This document shows, piece by piece, positions 39,701 through 48,127 of a DNA stretch of 63,261 bases (positions are counted from its first letter, which is position 1; the number at the start of each line of letters is the position of its first letter). Source of the stretch: a virus (taxonomy: Duplodnaviria > Caudoviricetes); the IMG/VR virus record IMGVR_UViG_3300026156_000001, positions 1 through 63,261 of that record; one strand, written 5' to 3'. The position numbers and the translations under genes were made by a program. The notes under the pieces were generated by a model. The model was not told where the DNA came from, did no database searches, and was given only the letters and a program-made list of their open reading frames with translations.

Positions 39701-41802
39701 TGAGTGATGATTCACTTAAAGCTAAGGTACGGAAAGCTAAAAACAAAAAACTATGGGATCAAGCAGTAAAAGAAGCATCTGAAAAATACCCTAAGTTTAA
39801 GAAAAACCACAAAATGGTTTTAGATGAAGCTATTTCTATTTATGAAGGTTTAGGTGGTTTATTTCAACCAATGCCCGACCATATTAAAAAGTTACTAGGG
39901 GATATTAAATTACCAGAAGATCAGTACTTATCTACAATGATGGCTGTTGGTAAAATGGTTTATAAAGCACAAGCGTTAAAAACAATAAACGATAGATTTT
40001 TTGGTGAGTTTATATTCAATGAAAAACCTACAAAAAACGCTAAAGAATACGTTCAGGTAAATGATAAATCTAGTCCGCTGCACGGTAAGTGGGTTAATGA
40101 GTTTATAGCTAAGGAGTTTGAACAAGAGCCTATCTATAAAGCTAATACTACAGTAGGTCAAATTTACTTCAATGCTTTGACAGCAATGCGTAAGTCTAAA
40201 ATCCTACCTACTTCGAGTACATGGTTTAAAAACATAACTGGTTTAGCTGTATTTGGTCAAATATTGAATGGTAACTTTATTCTTTTAGAAGACCCTAAGG
40301 CATTTTTTCAATCTGTTGCAGGTAGAGGTAAGATGATGTTTACTGGAAACAGAACCGATTTCACAAAACAAATATTTGCAGACGCAGCAGAAGCAGGTGT
40401 ATTATCTACAGATATAAACCTAATTACTATGGGTTATATAGATGATATGTACAAACAAATGAGTTTAGGGAATGAATCAGCAGCAATAAATAAATTCGAT
40501 AAACTACAGAAAACAATTAGAAGAGGAGCTGGAAAGTTAGATAAAGAACTCGGTCAGAGATATGCACAAGTAGATGATTATGGTAAAGCTATGGCTGTTT
40601 ACGCACAAAAAGGATCAATGGCTAAAAAACTATATGGTAAAGAATATAAGGATTTAACAGAAACAGAAAGGATCGATGTACTACGTCAAACAGGAAACGA
40701 TGTTAAGTTAGGAAACCCTACTTTTTCAAGATTACCTAGTTGGTTTAAAGACGTAGCTAGATTCCCTACAGGTGATTACGTTTCTTTTCAAATAGAAGCT
40801 ACTAGATCGTTTGTAGGTGCTATTGCGATAGCGTACAATGATATTAAAACAGTTTCTACAGGTGTTGATTTTAGAGGGAATAAGATCAACGATGTTCAGA
40901 GAAAAGCCTATTTAAAATCTTTCGGTAAAAGGTCAGCAGGAATTAGTCTAATTGTAGGGTTCAATTTACTACTGAAACATAGCATAGAATCTATTTATAG
41001 ATATTTTTCTGATGACGACGAAGAGGAAATAATATTGAAAAAAGAAGCCGTTAACCTAAGACCTTTTTGGGTTGATGATAATCTGATTATAGAAAATATA
41101 GATGAGAAAGGTAATGCTAAATTCATAGATTATTCTGGTCAAGACCCTTACGCTAAAACAATAGGTATGATGCATTTGGATTATAGTAGTGTCAAAGGAT
41201 TATTTGAGCCAAATATGCTAATAAGTTTAATACGTGAAGCGTATGGAGGTAAAACAGATTTTGGTCAGCAATTATACACTAAAGAAGAACACCCTTTCTT
41301 TAAATTTTTAAAAGGAGTAAAACATATATTGGTAGGAGGTTACACCCCTCCACAAGCAGTATCTATGATATACGGTGCTAAAAAAGCGAAAAAAGAAGAT
41401 GAGAATTGGGGGTCTGTTGGGGATTGGTCAAGATTAGCGGCGAGTAGAGCGGCTTTTAGAAAGTATGACTTTAATATCTACGCAAGCGCAACTAGTTTGG
41501 TATGGGATGTTACAGATGATGATTCTGCACCAAAATTAGGGTATAGTAAAAATGAAAGCCAAATGATATTTAGAATACAGAATATTAAAAAGGTAAGGGA
41601 TGCGGTTAACGTACTCAATATGCACTACTATAAGAACAAAAATAAAAATACCAACGAAGGTGTTTCTAAATTTCAGAATGCCTTAGTTAGAAATTTTAGC
41701 TCATGGGAGAGAAACAATTTAATCAGTGTTTCAGAAGAGGAGTTTATAAGACAAGTTGAAGACCTAAAAAAGAATCCACAAAAAGCAATAAAACAAAAAT
41801 AA
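33748..41802 (+). CDS. giant polyvalent virion protein with ADP-ribosyltransferase-like and zincin metallopeptidase-like domains
   Basis: 2684 aa; AFHGS..FDKF...IGTGEG.QAFGWGLYFT...GIDGIKY...NYVVFD; TPLHEMAH...SEKFARGFEKYL. Confidence 0.75.
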   Translation: MDEFEKLYNVVSETKLYSKSFDEFKEKYSNEENINKLYNVVSETKLYSKSFDEFKDKYFNQQSLTPPVSKKAQAVPSGGSESVSANITSSSESVDPNNAIKLQERATKEIIQEYEKQGVKNYNITPEEVNERATVIQLKDQTTPVFDRNSLNLPDKDYQGLAAYEATQKPDYEKFTVEKQKKNFEELANRDTFKYKKSIINEPIDYENTVLNFTDQQKEDIGVQKPETVSKIYGGDLDQYGIDFEDFNGYIEGGNNRIKKLYKDGYFTDDTTDFFKSESDEKLIREVAKNNTLSGYVKDRVDYLNGKYLGLINTNNLEGARKVEDEIKKITKGYQQYVNDKLPTYKKAIDDKLVKEYDEYKNQKTLGGIKKERGITDLHKKLGDITFGNFFGGIGKATSNITSFALDLVGSEGEAEYQRMIQETNDELDHNSLTYGVVSGKKVNHKGKNLIVSSKGRIIDTDESKDITSIADKIGIDRDTVLEKAKQSEEEGTTYSLMGLISMGASTLGDLAVQLATTKGLLGGANKVSKLKALGTSMAVQSGMVTSSVYEDTLSQLRKANINDEKAIGEALDLSFNAGLLTAGLSIISPDTKALGVSLKGVDKKFSKELAESYVKFGKEGFKRTFAKKAAEKGIDLTSEGGKQVLEELGENIGQKKLNEGVNEEVGKDVLDTKITKGEIIETGLLSFSTIGLVTALNSKSPSINKDRFGMLEYFAQDVETSKEFINNFKEEGAISESSANDIIKDIETYAKYSNKIPEDTPIEKLDPLLKAVDKRNELELKKKNQDKAFHKEINEEIEKVDEEIAEIRSSKVDEEITKDQETDVDNKTEDVLSDQEYEKMLDDYNTAVEIGAIDESAITELELADRRNAEEGELLQEELELLDSTEKQTGDKYAFIHKNLRGIRSQDYGGIAGDNNLRKDNKSFNILYANKKAIPLDGQAQVMSQKFGDEITPQDIIDYVEDRERNPEKYKTSKDKRKKLEKAIEINFDLESSTDAYKRYMNLDDSKESFEALDKLEDKVLTNEQISIIKKYLKQKGDVKKQLKTNKTTSRGVQQLDETTQRSERRNEGKEENKGVEKVAGTSGTKTKNIKGLYDVNRKIFNLNRVQALASSVIQDRMIGQMAKRAGISKEKMYDKIEFKKGDKNTLKDLPKGIKFQIDAFHGSPYQFDKFQLSKIGTGEGLQAFGWGLYFTDLESIARHYANVLSEYSFYINGKNVDNVKKEYPSIYVVGFDLLGAKSKQDAINAVKNSKIASNKQKSKAIELLNSLESFSSKKDSRFLYEVTLFKGKTPDQYTWLEWDKELTKEQKQKIAEQAIKEGLTKVAYTNESGVNVLNTSNNITGETYYKELQKSFLLGSDKEVSLFLLRAGIDGIKYPAESISRGATSDTARGFNYVVFDENAVSIEEVIKFQKDAEKTRGAAMVNMDGTAIIYALTDPNVSTPLHEMAHVYEHYLNESEKTAIKQWAKTKEWTTETSEKFARGFEKYLADGKAPTSDLRKMFERFKKWLTDIYNGIKDSEIDLKLNDEMKTIYDKMLGGDQVEKQSGLIEKQSGLTKTKKPTKKTKTSIDESKIEDVDFEEVDGKKEKPKDKVRPEKVIHEEYVDNDGNELIATTTKDGTKTFYYKQKGKSFSFGTGKKKTATQQELVDNGILSTSTTPIKSYTSLDAGKGKSFENDLKQLLQDRIKEIKTQIKEEKKESKRSVLIEELNNKKKQLSSLNKDTTRTNMSQELDEQLDEVIEEISKKESEKETKLTQLQKLNKFISGGRKRVFGFVNKTTLPIVSEIELIGSKLSELQMISKENAKKYKTTYKKALENYIFKSKLDKETAKVNLTGMVKDLMTPVDRNTNSKDAYDQLSKVSKDLADTVIGLRSHIDSFSKIVTEDPAFERMSEESKQNILDNLGDYVHQTYLYFKEKDYNPSEGLINEAIREEAKQIMIDEGIGYKKAIDKATKTVNDLLEKWDDIRNPKNTYSSINTSTNTLSMSDDSLKAKVRKAKNKKLWDQAVKEASEKYPKFKKNHKMVLDEAISIYEGLGGLFQPMPDHIKKLLGDIKLPEDQYLSTMMAVGKMVYKAQALKTINDRFFGEFIFNEKPTKNAKEYVQVNDKSSPLHGKWVNEFIAKEFEQEPIYKANTTVGQIYFNALTAMRKSKILPTSSTWFKNITGLAVFGQILNGNFILLEDPKAFFQSVAGRGKMMFTGNRTDFTKQIFADAAEAGVLSTDINLITMGYIDDMYKQMSLGNESAAINKFDKLQKTIRRGAGKLDKELGQRYAQVDDYGKAMAVYAQKGSMAKKLYGKEYKDLTETERIDVLRQTGNDVKLGNPTFSRLPSWFKDVARFPTGDYVSFQIEATRSFVGAIAIAYNDIKTVSTGVDFRGNKINDVQRKAYLKSFGKRSAGISLIVGFNLLLKHSIESIYRYFSDDDEEEIILKKEAVNLRPFWVDDNLIIENIDEKGNAKFIDYSGQDPYAKTIGMMHLDYSSVKGLFEPNMLISLIREAYGGKTDFGQQLYTKEEHPFFKFLKGVKHILVGGYTPPQAVSMIYGAKKAKKEDENWGSVGDWSRLAASRAAFRKYDFNIYASATSLVWDVTDDDSAPKLGYSKNESQMIFRIQNIKKVRDAVNVLNMHYYKNKNKNTNEGVSKFQNALVRNFSSWERNNLISVSEEEFIRQVEDLKKNPQKAIKQK
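33763..33914 (+). repeat. exact 62-bp direct repeat, 90-bp period
   Basis: 33763-33824 = 33853-33914, encoding KLYNVVSETKLYSKSFDEFK twice. Confidence 0.95.
38372..38413 (+). repeat. exact 21-bp tandem duplication
   Basis: TAGAAAAACAGTCAGGATTAA twice. Confidence 0.9.
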
Positions 41803-41993
41803 TGCCAACAAAGAAAACACCACCGAGTAAAAAGTACGCTAACGGTACTAAATACACTGATCCAGACGGTAAGACAAGGACTAGAAAGTCATACCCAAAA
41901 GGACACCCTAAACAAAAAGCATATTGTGCTAGGAGTGCTAAACAAAAACAAACAGAGAAAGTAAAGGTTAGACGTAAAGCATGGAAATGTTAA
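41802..41993 (+). CDS. small basic protein
   Basis: 63 aa with AYCARS...RRKAWKC pattern; coupled to the previous stop. Confidence 0.65.
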   Translation: MPTKKTPPSKKYANGTKYTDPDGKTRTRKSYPKGHPKQKAYCARSAKQKQTEKVKVRRKAWKC

Positions 41994-42004
41994 ATTAATC
42001 AATC

Positions 42005-42109
42005 ATGAAAAAAGCAACACAAAAATCCTGTTGGAAAGGATACGAAAAGAAAGGTACTAAAATAAAATCAGGTAAGAGAGTGAATAACTGTGTTAAAAAG
42101 AAAAAATAG
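42005..42109 (+). CDS. small basic peptide (CWKGY...NCV type)
   Basis: MKKATQKSCWKGYEKKGTKIKSGKRVNNCVKKKK; absent from the supplied track. Confidence 0.6.
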   Translation: MKKATQKSCWKGYEKKGTKIKSGKRVNNCVKKKK

Positions 42110-42143
42110 TTTTATATTTGTTGTTAATTCAAAATTCAATATT

Positions 42144-42398
42144 ATGAAAAAACTATTATTTATCGGATTACTAACACTAGGAATCTCAACATCGGTACAA
42201 GCACAATCACATAAAATGAAGATGTATTGTACAGGTTTTACAACAGGGTTTTATGATGGTTTTTGCTATACACAAGCACCATGTTATGAGCCAGTAGTTC
42301 CTGTATGTCCTACACCACATCGTCCAGATTTTACTTACATGGATGGATATCAAAGAGGTTTTACGCAAGGTAGAACAAAAGCTATTTATACGTTTTAA
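42144..42398 (+). CDS. small secreted Cys-containing protein
   Basis: Sec signal MKKLLFIGLLTLGISTSVQA|Q, 4 Cys, GF..GF..GF and GY..GF..G repeats; TATATTTG at 42113-42120. Confidence 0.7.
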   Translation: MKKLLFIGLLTLGISTSVQAQSHKMKMYCTGFTTGFYDGFCYTQAPCYEPVVPVCPTPHRPDFTYMDGYQRGFTQGRTKAIYTF

Positions 42399-42403
42399 TT
42401 TTG

Positions 42404-42411
42404 TATCTTTG
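42404..42411 (+). promoter_or_regulatory. -7 promoter element driving a non-coding region
   Basis: TATCTTTG with no sizeable ORF downstream. Confidence 0.6.
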
Positions 42412-42417
42412 ATTTAA

Positions 42418-42760
42418 CAGTACCTACTATGCCTCTGATCCGTAATAAACAAGCATACTAGAGTAGGTCTTTTAAGGTAATCGATCTTTACGGGGAGAGA
42501 TAAAACCTTTCAAGTTAGGTGAGAAGACGTTCAAGCAAACCTTGATAAATTTTTTAAATAGAAATTAAATAGTTAATTAGCAGGTCAATATTACATTAAA
42601 AATGTATAACTAGCTATAGCAAGGAGAAATGATGTTGACCAACAACCTTGTGTGCGTCCTGAGTTGGAAGACTATTTTTTATATAGGTTTTTATAGGTCT
42701 TATAACTCGCACCAAGCGGGGGTTTCCAGTATTGGAACGGGACTTATAAGAACTTTTTTT
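42418..42760 (+). ncRNA. putative ~340-nt structured RNA with pseudoknots and a tRNA-Leu-like acceptor element
   Basis: Many complementary segments found by eye, several with G-U pairs on the + strand; promoter upstream and T-run at 42754-42760; family unknown. Confidence 0.7.
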
Positions 42761-42769
42761 ATTTATGAC

Positions 42770-44020
42770 TTATTTAGTTATAATGTTCGGCATATATATC
42801 TCTAGTAATTTATAGAGTTTGTCTTTAAGTTCGATCTTTAGTTTTTTAGATCTATTTTGTTTTAATAAGATCATAAAGGAGCTAACTACTTTGTTGAATT
42901 TGAAAGACTCTGTATAAGAAAAAATCATTTTTTCAAAACTATCATAATCAATAGAATCTTCACCAGTTTCTGTAAGCCAATTGTTCCAACCCCTGATAAA
43001 TCTTTCAATACCTTTTATGTTTTTATCACTCCAACTCCCACCATCAAAATAATGTCCTATGAACATTAAATAGAATCGGACTACATCACTATCGTAGTTA
43101 TCAAGACTGACAACATTTCCTTTACTCTTACTCATTTTTTCACCATTGTTTAAAATCATCCCTTGATGAATTACTTTTTTAAATGGTTCTTCAAAATCTA
43201 TAAAACCAATATCGTTAAGAAACATAGTTATAAACCTTGAATAAATTAAGTGCATACAAGCGTGTTCTTTTCCACCAACGTATAAGTCAACAGGCTTAGG
43301 TTTAATTCCTTTTTTTAAGCAGTAAATAATAGTATAAATACTACTATCTACAAAAGTATCCATTGTATCATTTTCACCATCCAAAGGTATTTTACAACCC
43401 CAATTTCTTTGCCGACTAACGCACCAATCGTGTTGATTTTCTAACCAGTTTCTTTGAGCGTTAATGGTGCTTTTGGGGTAATCGATGGTATCAAGATTTT
43501 TAATCAATCTTTCTTTATAATCTGTTATTTTAAAATACCATTGATTAAGTGTTTTTTTAGTAGTAATATTTCCGCATCTCTCACATCTTTTTTCTTTGAT
43601 TTGTTCACGAGCCAAAACAGTATCGCACTCATTACAAAAATCTACTTCTGCATTTTTTTTGTACGCTAATCCATTTTTATAAAGTTGGGTAAAAAGCCAT
43701 TTTGAATGTTTTTGATAATCCTCATCGGAAGTGATAAGTAATTCTTCAAATTCAGTATTCATTTGTCTTATCTGAACTCTAAATTTATCAATGTTTTCAT
43801 AAGTAACATCTTTAGGATTTCTCCCTACTTTCTTCGCATAATTTTCAGCAGGTAATCCAAAAGAATCATACCCAAAAGGCTGGAAAACTTCATTACCTAT
43901 AAATCTTTGGTATCTACAATAACTATCTATTAACGCATAGTTATACCAATGTCCACAATGTAATCCGTTACCAGACGGATAAGGGAACATCGCTGTTATG
44001 TATTTATAATCCTTATTCAT
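42770..44020 (-). CDS. leuS: minimal leucyl-tRNA synthetase-like protein lacking the CP1 editing domain
   Basis: AMFPYPSG.GLHCGH, GYDSFGLPAEN, CxxC...CxxC, DWCVSRQRNWG, DTMDTFVDSS, DLYVGGKEHA..HL.Y.RF, KMSKSKGN; only 416 aa. Confidence 0.92.
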   Translation of the reverse strand: MNKDYKYITAMFPYPSGNGLHCGHWYNYALIDSYCRYQRFIGNEVFQPFGYDSFGLPAENYAKKVGRNPKDVTYENIDKFRVQIRQMNTEFEELLITSDEDYQKHSKWLFTQLYKNGLAYKKNAEVDFCNECDTVLAREQIKEKRCERCGNITTKKTLNQWYFKITDYKERLIKNLDTIDYPKSTINAQRNWLENQHDWCVSRQRNWGCKIPLDGENDTMDTFVDSSIYTIIYCLKKGIKPKPVDLYVGGKEHACMHLIYSRFITMFLNDIGFIDFEEPFKKVIHQGMILNNGEKMSKSKGNVVSLDNYDSDVVRFYLMFIGHYFDGGSWSDKNIKGIERFIRGWNNWLTETGEDSIDYDSFEKMIFSYTESFKFNKVVSSFMILLKQNRSKKLKIELKDKLYKLLEIYMPNIITK

Positions 44021-44023
44021 AAC

Positions 44024-44662
44024 TCATATTATATTCAATTTCAAAAACACTTCGTAATGATCACTAATTTCTTTAGCTGTATCATCAACCATTTTAACAA
44101 CTTCTTTAATTTTCTTTTTAGTAATCTTCTTGTCAATTGATAAGAACTTATCACCTAAAACCAACTTCTCTCTTTTAAAAAGATTCCCTTTCCTTTCTAT
44201 TAATATAACAGATGCTTTCTTGGGTAATACACCCAACTCTTGTTCTAAAGCAGCAGCGTAGATATATAGTTGAGAATACTCCTCAGAAATATAAACATCT
44301 TCTTTATTCATGTCTCCTGTTTTGTAGTCGATAATCTTTTCGATCTTACCATCTTTTGAGGTGTTGGTATCGATATAACCGATCACGTAGAAGTCTTTAC
44401 GGATGAGTCTCACCTCTCTTTCAAAAACATCATGGCGAGGGATACTCCTAAGTAACTCTTGTTCTTTATCGGAAAAGGTACTAAAGTCATTCTTCTCTAA
44501 TGCTTCTCCAATACGTTTACCAAACTCTGTATAACCATTACCTTCAAACTTTTCTTTGAGGAAATATTGCCTAATGTAGTCTCTACGATTCTTTAGAAAA
44601 CTACTTATTTGTGAGTAGGATAGGTATTGATTACCCTGTTTATCTTTTTTTGGGAGGATCAT
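44024..44662 (-). CDS. PD-(D/E)XK (Cas4/RecB-like) nuclease
   Basis: LSYSQI, E...GYID...IIDYKTG...QLYIY. Confidence 0.85.
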   Translation of the reverse strand: MILPKKDKQGNQYLSYSQISSFLKNRRDYIRQYFLKEKFEGNGYTEFGKRIGEALEKNDFSTFSDKEQELLRSIPRHDVFEREVRLIRKDFYVIGYIDTNTSKDGKIEKIIDYKTGDMNKEDVYISEEYSQLYIYAAALEQELGVLPKKASVILIERKGNLFKREKLVLGDKFLSIDKKITKKKIKEVVKMVDDTAKEISDHYEVFLKLNII

Positions 44663-44717
44663 TATGATGTTTTAACAAGTTATTCATTATGGATTAACTA
44701 TTACAGTTTATATGTAA

Positions 44718-44762
44718 TTAGATTGTAAGTTATTGGTAACTAAGCATTGTCGTTTTATTAAG
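44718..44762 (-). promoter_or_regulatory. conserved intergenic motif, copy 1 (copy 2 at 54548-54591)
   Basis: Both share TAAGTTATT.GTAA...ATT.TCGTTTTATTAAG on the + strand. Confidence 0.55.
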
Positions 44763-44778
44763 GGGGTTGTGTGTAATG

Positions 44779-44952
44779 CTACTTATCTCGCCAAGTCCAT
44801 CCTAAACACCATTTGCAAAACAATCGGTTTATTAACTTAGGTTTTTTTGTAAAAGCAAATTCAATAGTATTTACTTTTGTTCCTGTAATTTCGTAACTAC
44901 CTACAACTTTAGGTGTTTTAATTTGATTTGATATAAATGTGTTATTTTCCAT
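44779..44952 (-). CDS. small hypothetical protein
   Basis: MENNTFISN...KPKLINRLFCKWCLGWTWRDK; start moved to 44952 to avoid overlap with rtcB. Confidence 0.6.
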   Translation of the reverse strand: MENNTFISNQIKTPKVVGSYEITGTKVNTIEFAFTKKPKLINRLFCKWCLGWTWRDK

Positions 44953-44968
44953 TTTAATTAAGTTTGTG

Positions 44969-46354
<1,386 letters not shown>

Positions 46355-46358
46355 CTAC

Positions 46359-46454
46359 CGCCAACAACGGCTAAAATTAATAGCCTTATGATTCTTAGTT
46401 TTTTAATTGATTAGTTCATTACTTAGGCTACTAATCTTAGCCAAACCGTTAACA
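46359..46454. mobile_element. attC-like imperfect palindromic site
   Basis: GCCAAC-aac-GGCTAAaATTAaTAGCCT...AGGCTAcTAATcTTAGCC-aaacc-GTTAACA; abuts the stop codon of 46455-46856. Confidence 0.6.
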
Positions 46455-46856
46455 TTAATAGTACTCAGAATCAACATCAAGCAATATAAAATCTACTGAT
46501 TCAGAGTAGTATCCGTTACTTTCACCAAACCATCTAATATCTACATATCCTTTAATTGTTGCGAACTTATAGTAAGTCCAAGTACAAGAACCCCAATCTT
46601 CTAATTCTCTGGTTCGTTCAACATCTTCTTCTGAAGTTGGTTCGTAATTAGAAACCTCTTCCGCTTTTAATATTGGGCTTCCAACCAAGTCTTGTAAGTC
46701 ACCAACTATATCTTCAATAGTTACACTTTCGCAACATTCTTGTACGTGATACATTTTATATTGTTTTTCATCTTCACAAGTAAATATTATCTCGTCATTG
46801 TCGTTTTTTTCTACTTTAGTAAGTGTTTTACCAATCAATTCTTTTAATCTATTCAT
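46455..46856 (-). CDS. phage hypothetical protein
   Basis: [52 protein letters not shown]. Confidence 0.8.
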   Translation of the reverse strand: MNRLKELIGKTLTKVEKNDNDEIIFTCEDEKQYKMYHVQECCESVTIEDIVGDLQDLVGSPILKAEEVSNYEPTSEEDVERTRELEDWGSCTWTYYKFATIKGYVDIRWFGESNGYYSESVDFILLDVDSEYY

Positions 46857-46882
46857 TTTATTTAAGTTTTGTATTTATAATT

Positions 46883-46939
46883 CCGTACTAATGCTAACAA
46901 CGCCTATCGTCAGCACTTCGTATATACTCAACGTTGCAA
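46883..46939. mobile_element. degenerate or internally deleted attC-like site
   Basis: CCGTACTAATGCTAACAACG matches CCGTACTACCGCCAACAACG at 46350 (17/20); ends in CGTTGCAA; arms no longer pair well. Confidence 0.45.
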
Positions 46940-47163
46940 TACTTACGTATCAGTTTAAAAGTTTCATTTATATCTGTGAAACAAAAAGACTTATCTATAC
47001 GTACAGGTAAAAATGCTATTGTAAATCCGTGTTCGGATTTGTATCGTTCTTTTACTAATTGTCCGTTAATCTTGTATAAGTATACCCAAGGGAAGTTTGC
47101 CACAAACTGAACTCCTATTCCTATTTTATCAAGCCTTCTCCCTAGTGTCTCTAATTGTTCCAT
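46894..47163 (-). CDS. hypothetical protein
   Basis: MEQLETLGRRL.KIGI...NFPWVYL..ING..V.E...SEHGFTIAF; C-terminus reads through the degenerate site. Confidence 0.7.
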   Translation of the reverse strand: MEQLETLGRRLDKIGIGVQFVANFPWVYLYKINGQLVKERYKSEHGFTIAFLPVRIDKSFCFTDINETFKLIRKYCNVEYIRSADDRRC

Positions 47164-47170
47164 ATTTTGT

Positions 47171-48127
47171 TTAACCCACCTCATTTTTCAACTCTTTCAA
47201 ATGAGCCTTAGTAAACTTAGTTACTTTACCTTTAGCTGTAGATGTAACAGCACTAAGGATTGTAAATGCTTTTTCTTTTTCGTCTTTTGTCATCTTAGAA
47301 ATCCTATCCACTAACTCTTTTTTAATTTTTATGGTGTATCTCCCACCATTCATAAGAGCTTCTAACAATCCTTTATCTATATTTTCTTTTTTCTCAATAC
47401 TACCTCTTATAGAAAACCTATTAACAACAGGTGCGTTGTTTGATTTAGGGTGAGGTTCTAAGGTCTTTAGTTTATCAAATACTTGATAAGTAGCGAAAAC
47501 ATCTCTTTCACAATACCTAGTTATTTGATCGATATTTTTTTCAGGGTCTTCCCAAAAGAATTTAGGGACGTTTGAGCCTTGTAAATCTTCTTTGGGTGAT
47601 TTAATACCTAGTGTTGTACAAAGACTTAATAAAGATGATGAGTTGAAGGAAGTACCCCTCCATAAATCTTTAGTATCTAGTATATGATCTAACTCCCATG
47701 GCTTAAGTCCAGATGTATCCAATAACTTATGTGGTGTTAACCCAAAAGAGTAACCTCTTTGTATGATATAAGGTATATCGAATTGTTTAATAGAATGCCC
47801 GCAAACAGAACCATCGTGTCGATCTAAACAATTATAAAAATCTATAAGTAATTGTTTTTCATCTAAATTATTGAACGTTTGTGTTATGAAGTTATCTTTT
47901 ACAAGTTTACCAACAGTGATACATACAATTCTACCAAATTCTGAATACAACGCCGCTTCTTTAGAATACGTTTCGATTAATTGATTATTAATTAAATCAT
48001 CTTTTTTCTTCTTGTATTCCCATGCGTCAAACAAAGGAGTGTCTAGTTCTAATTCTTTTACTCGTGTTGACGTTTCTATATCTAGGAATAGAATATCTTC
48101 AATGTTAATGTTTTTTAGTAGTCTCAT
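47171..48127 (-). CDS. standalone DEDD 3'-5' exonuclease (PolB-exo-like)
   Basis: LFLDIET, GHSIKQFDIP, LDTKDLW, YCERDV. Confidence 0.87.
   Translation of the reverse strand: MRLLKNINIEDILFLDIETSTRVKELELDTPLFDAWEYKKKKDDLINNQLIETYSKEAALYSEFGRIVCITVGKLVKDNFITQTFNNLDEKQLLIDFYNCLDRHDGSVCGHSIKQFDIPYIIQRGYSFGLTPHKLLDTSGLKPWELDHILDTKDLWRGTSFNSSSLLSLCTTLGIKSPKEDLQGSNVPKFFWEDPEKNIDQITRYCERDVFATYQVFDKLKTLEPHPKSNNAPVVNRFSIRGSIEKKENIDKGLLEALMNGGRYTIKIKKELVDRISKMTKDEKEKAFTILSAVTSTAKGKVTKFTKAHLKELKNEVG

Noticed and set aside
33748-41802. crAss-type virion RNA polymerase
   Set aside because: No DFDID/DxDGD catalytic motif found; the recognisable motifs are ART-like and HEXXH
42410-42480. SAM-II riboswitch (TGATTTAACAGTA resembles its core)
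   Set aside because: No P1 stem or downstream GCTAAA partner, no downstream gene, and it overlaps the promoter element
42652-42760. Group II intron start (GTGCG), group I intron, or HDV/hammerhead ribozyme
   Set aside because: No domain V, no P7 R/S pair, no CUGANGA/GAAA core; helix order does not fit HDV by eye
42418-42760. Canonical tmRNA, RNase P, SRP or T-box
   Set aside because: No G3-U70 acceptor with TTCRA loop, no GAGGAAAGTCC, no SRP loop motif; it lies downstream and antisense of leuS, so it is not a leader
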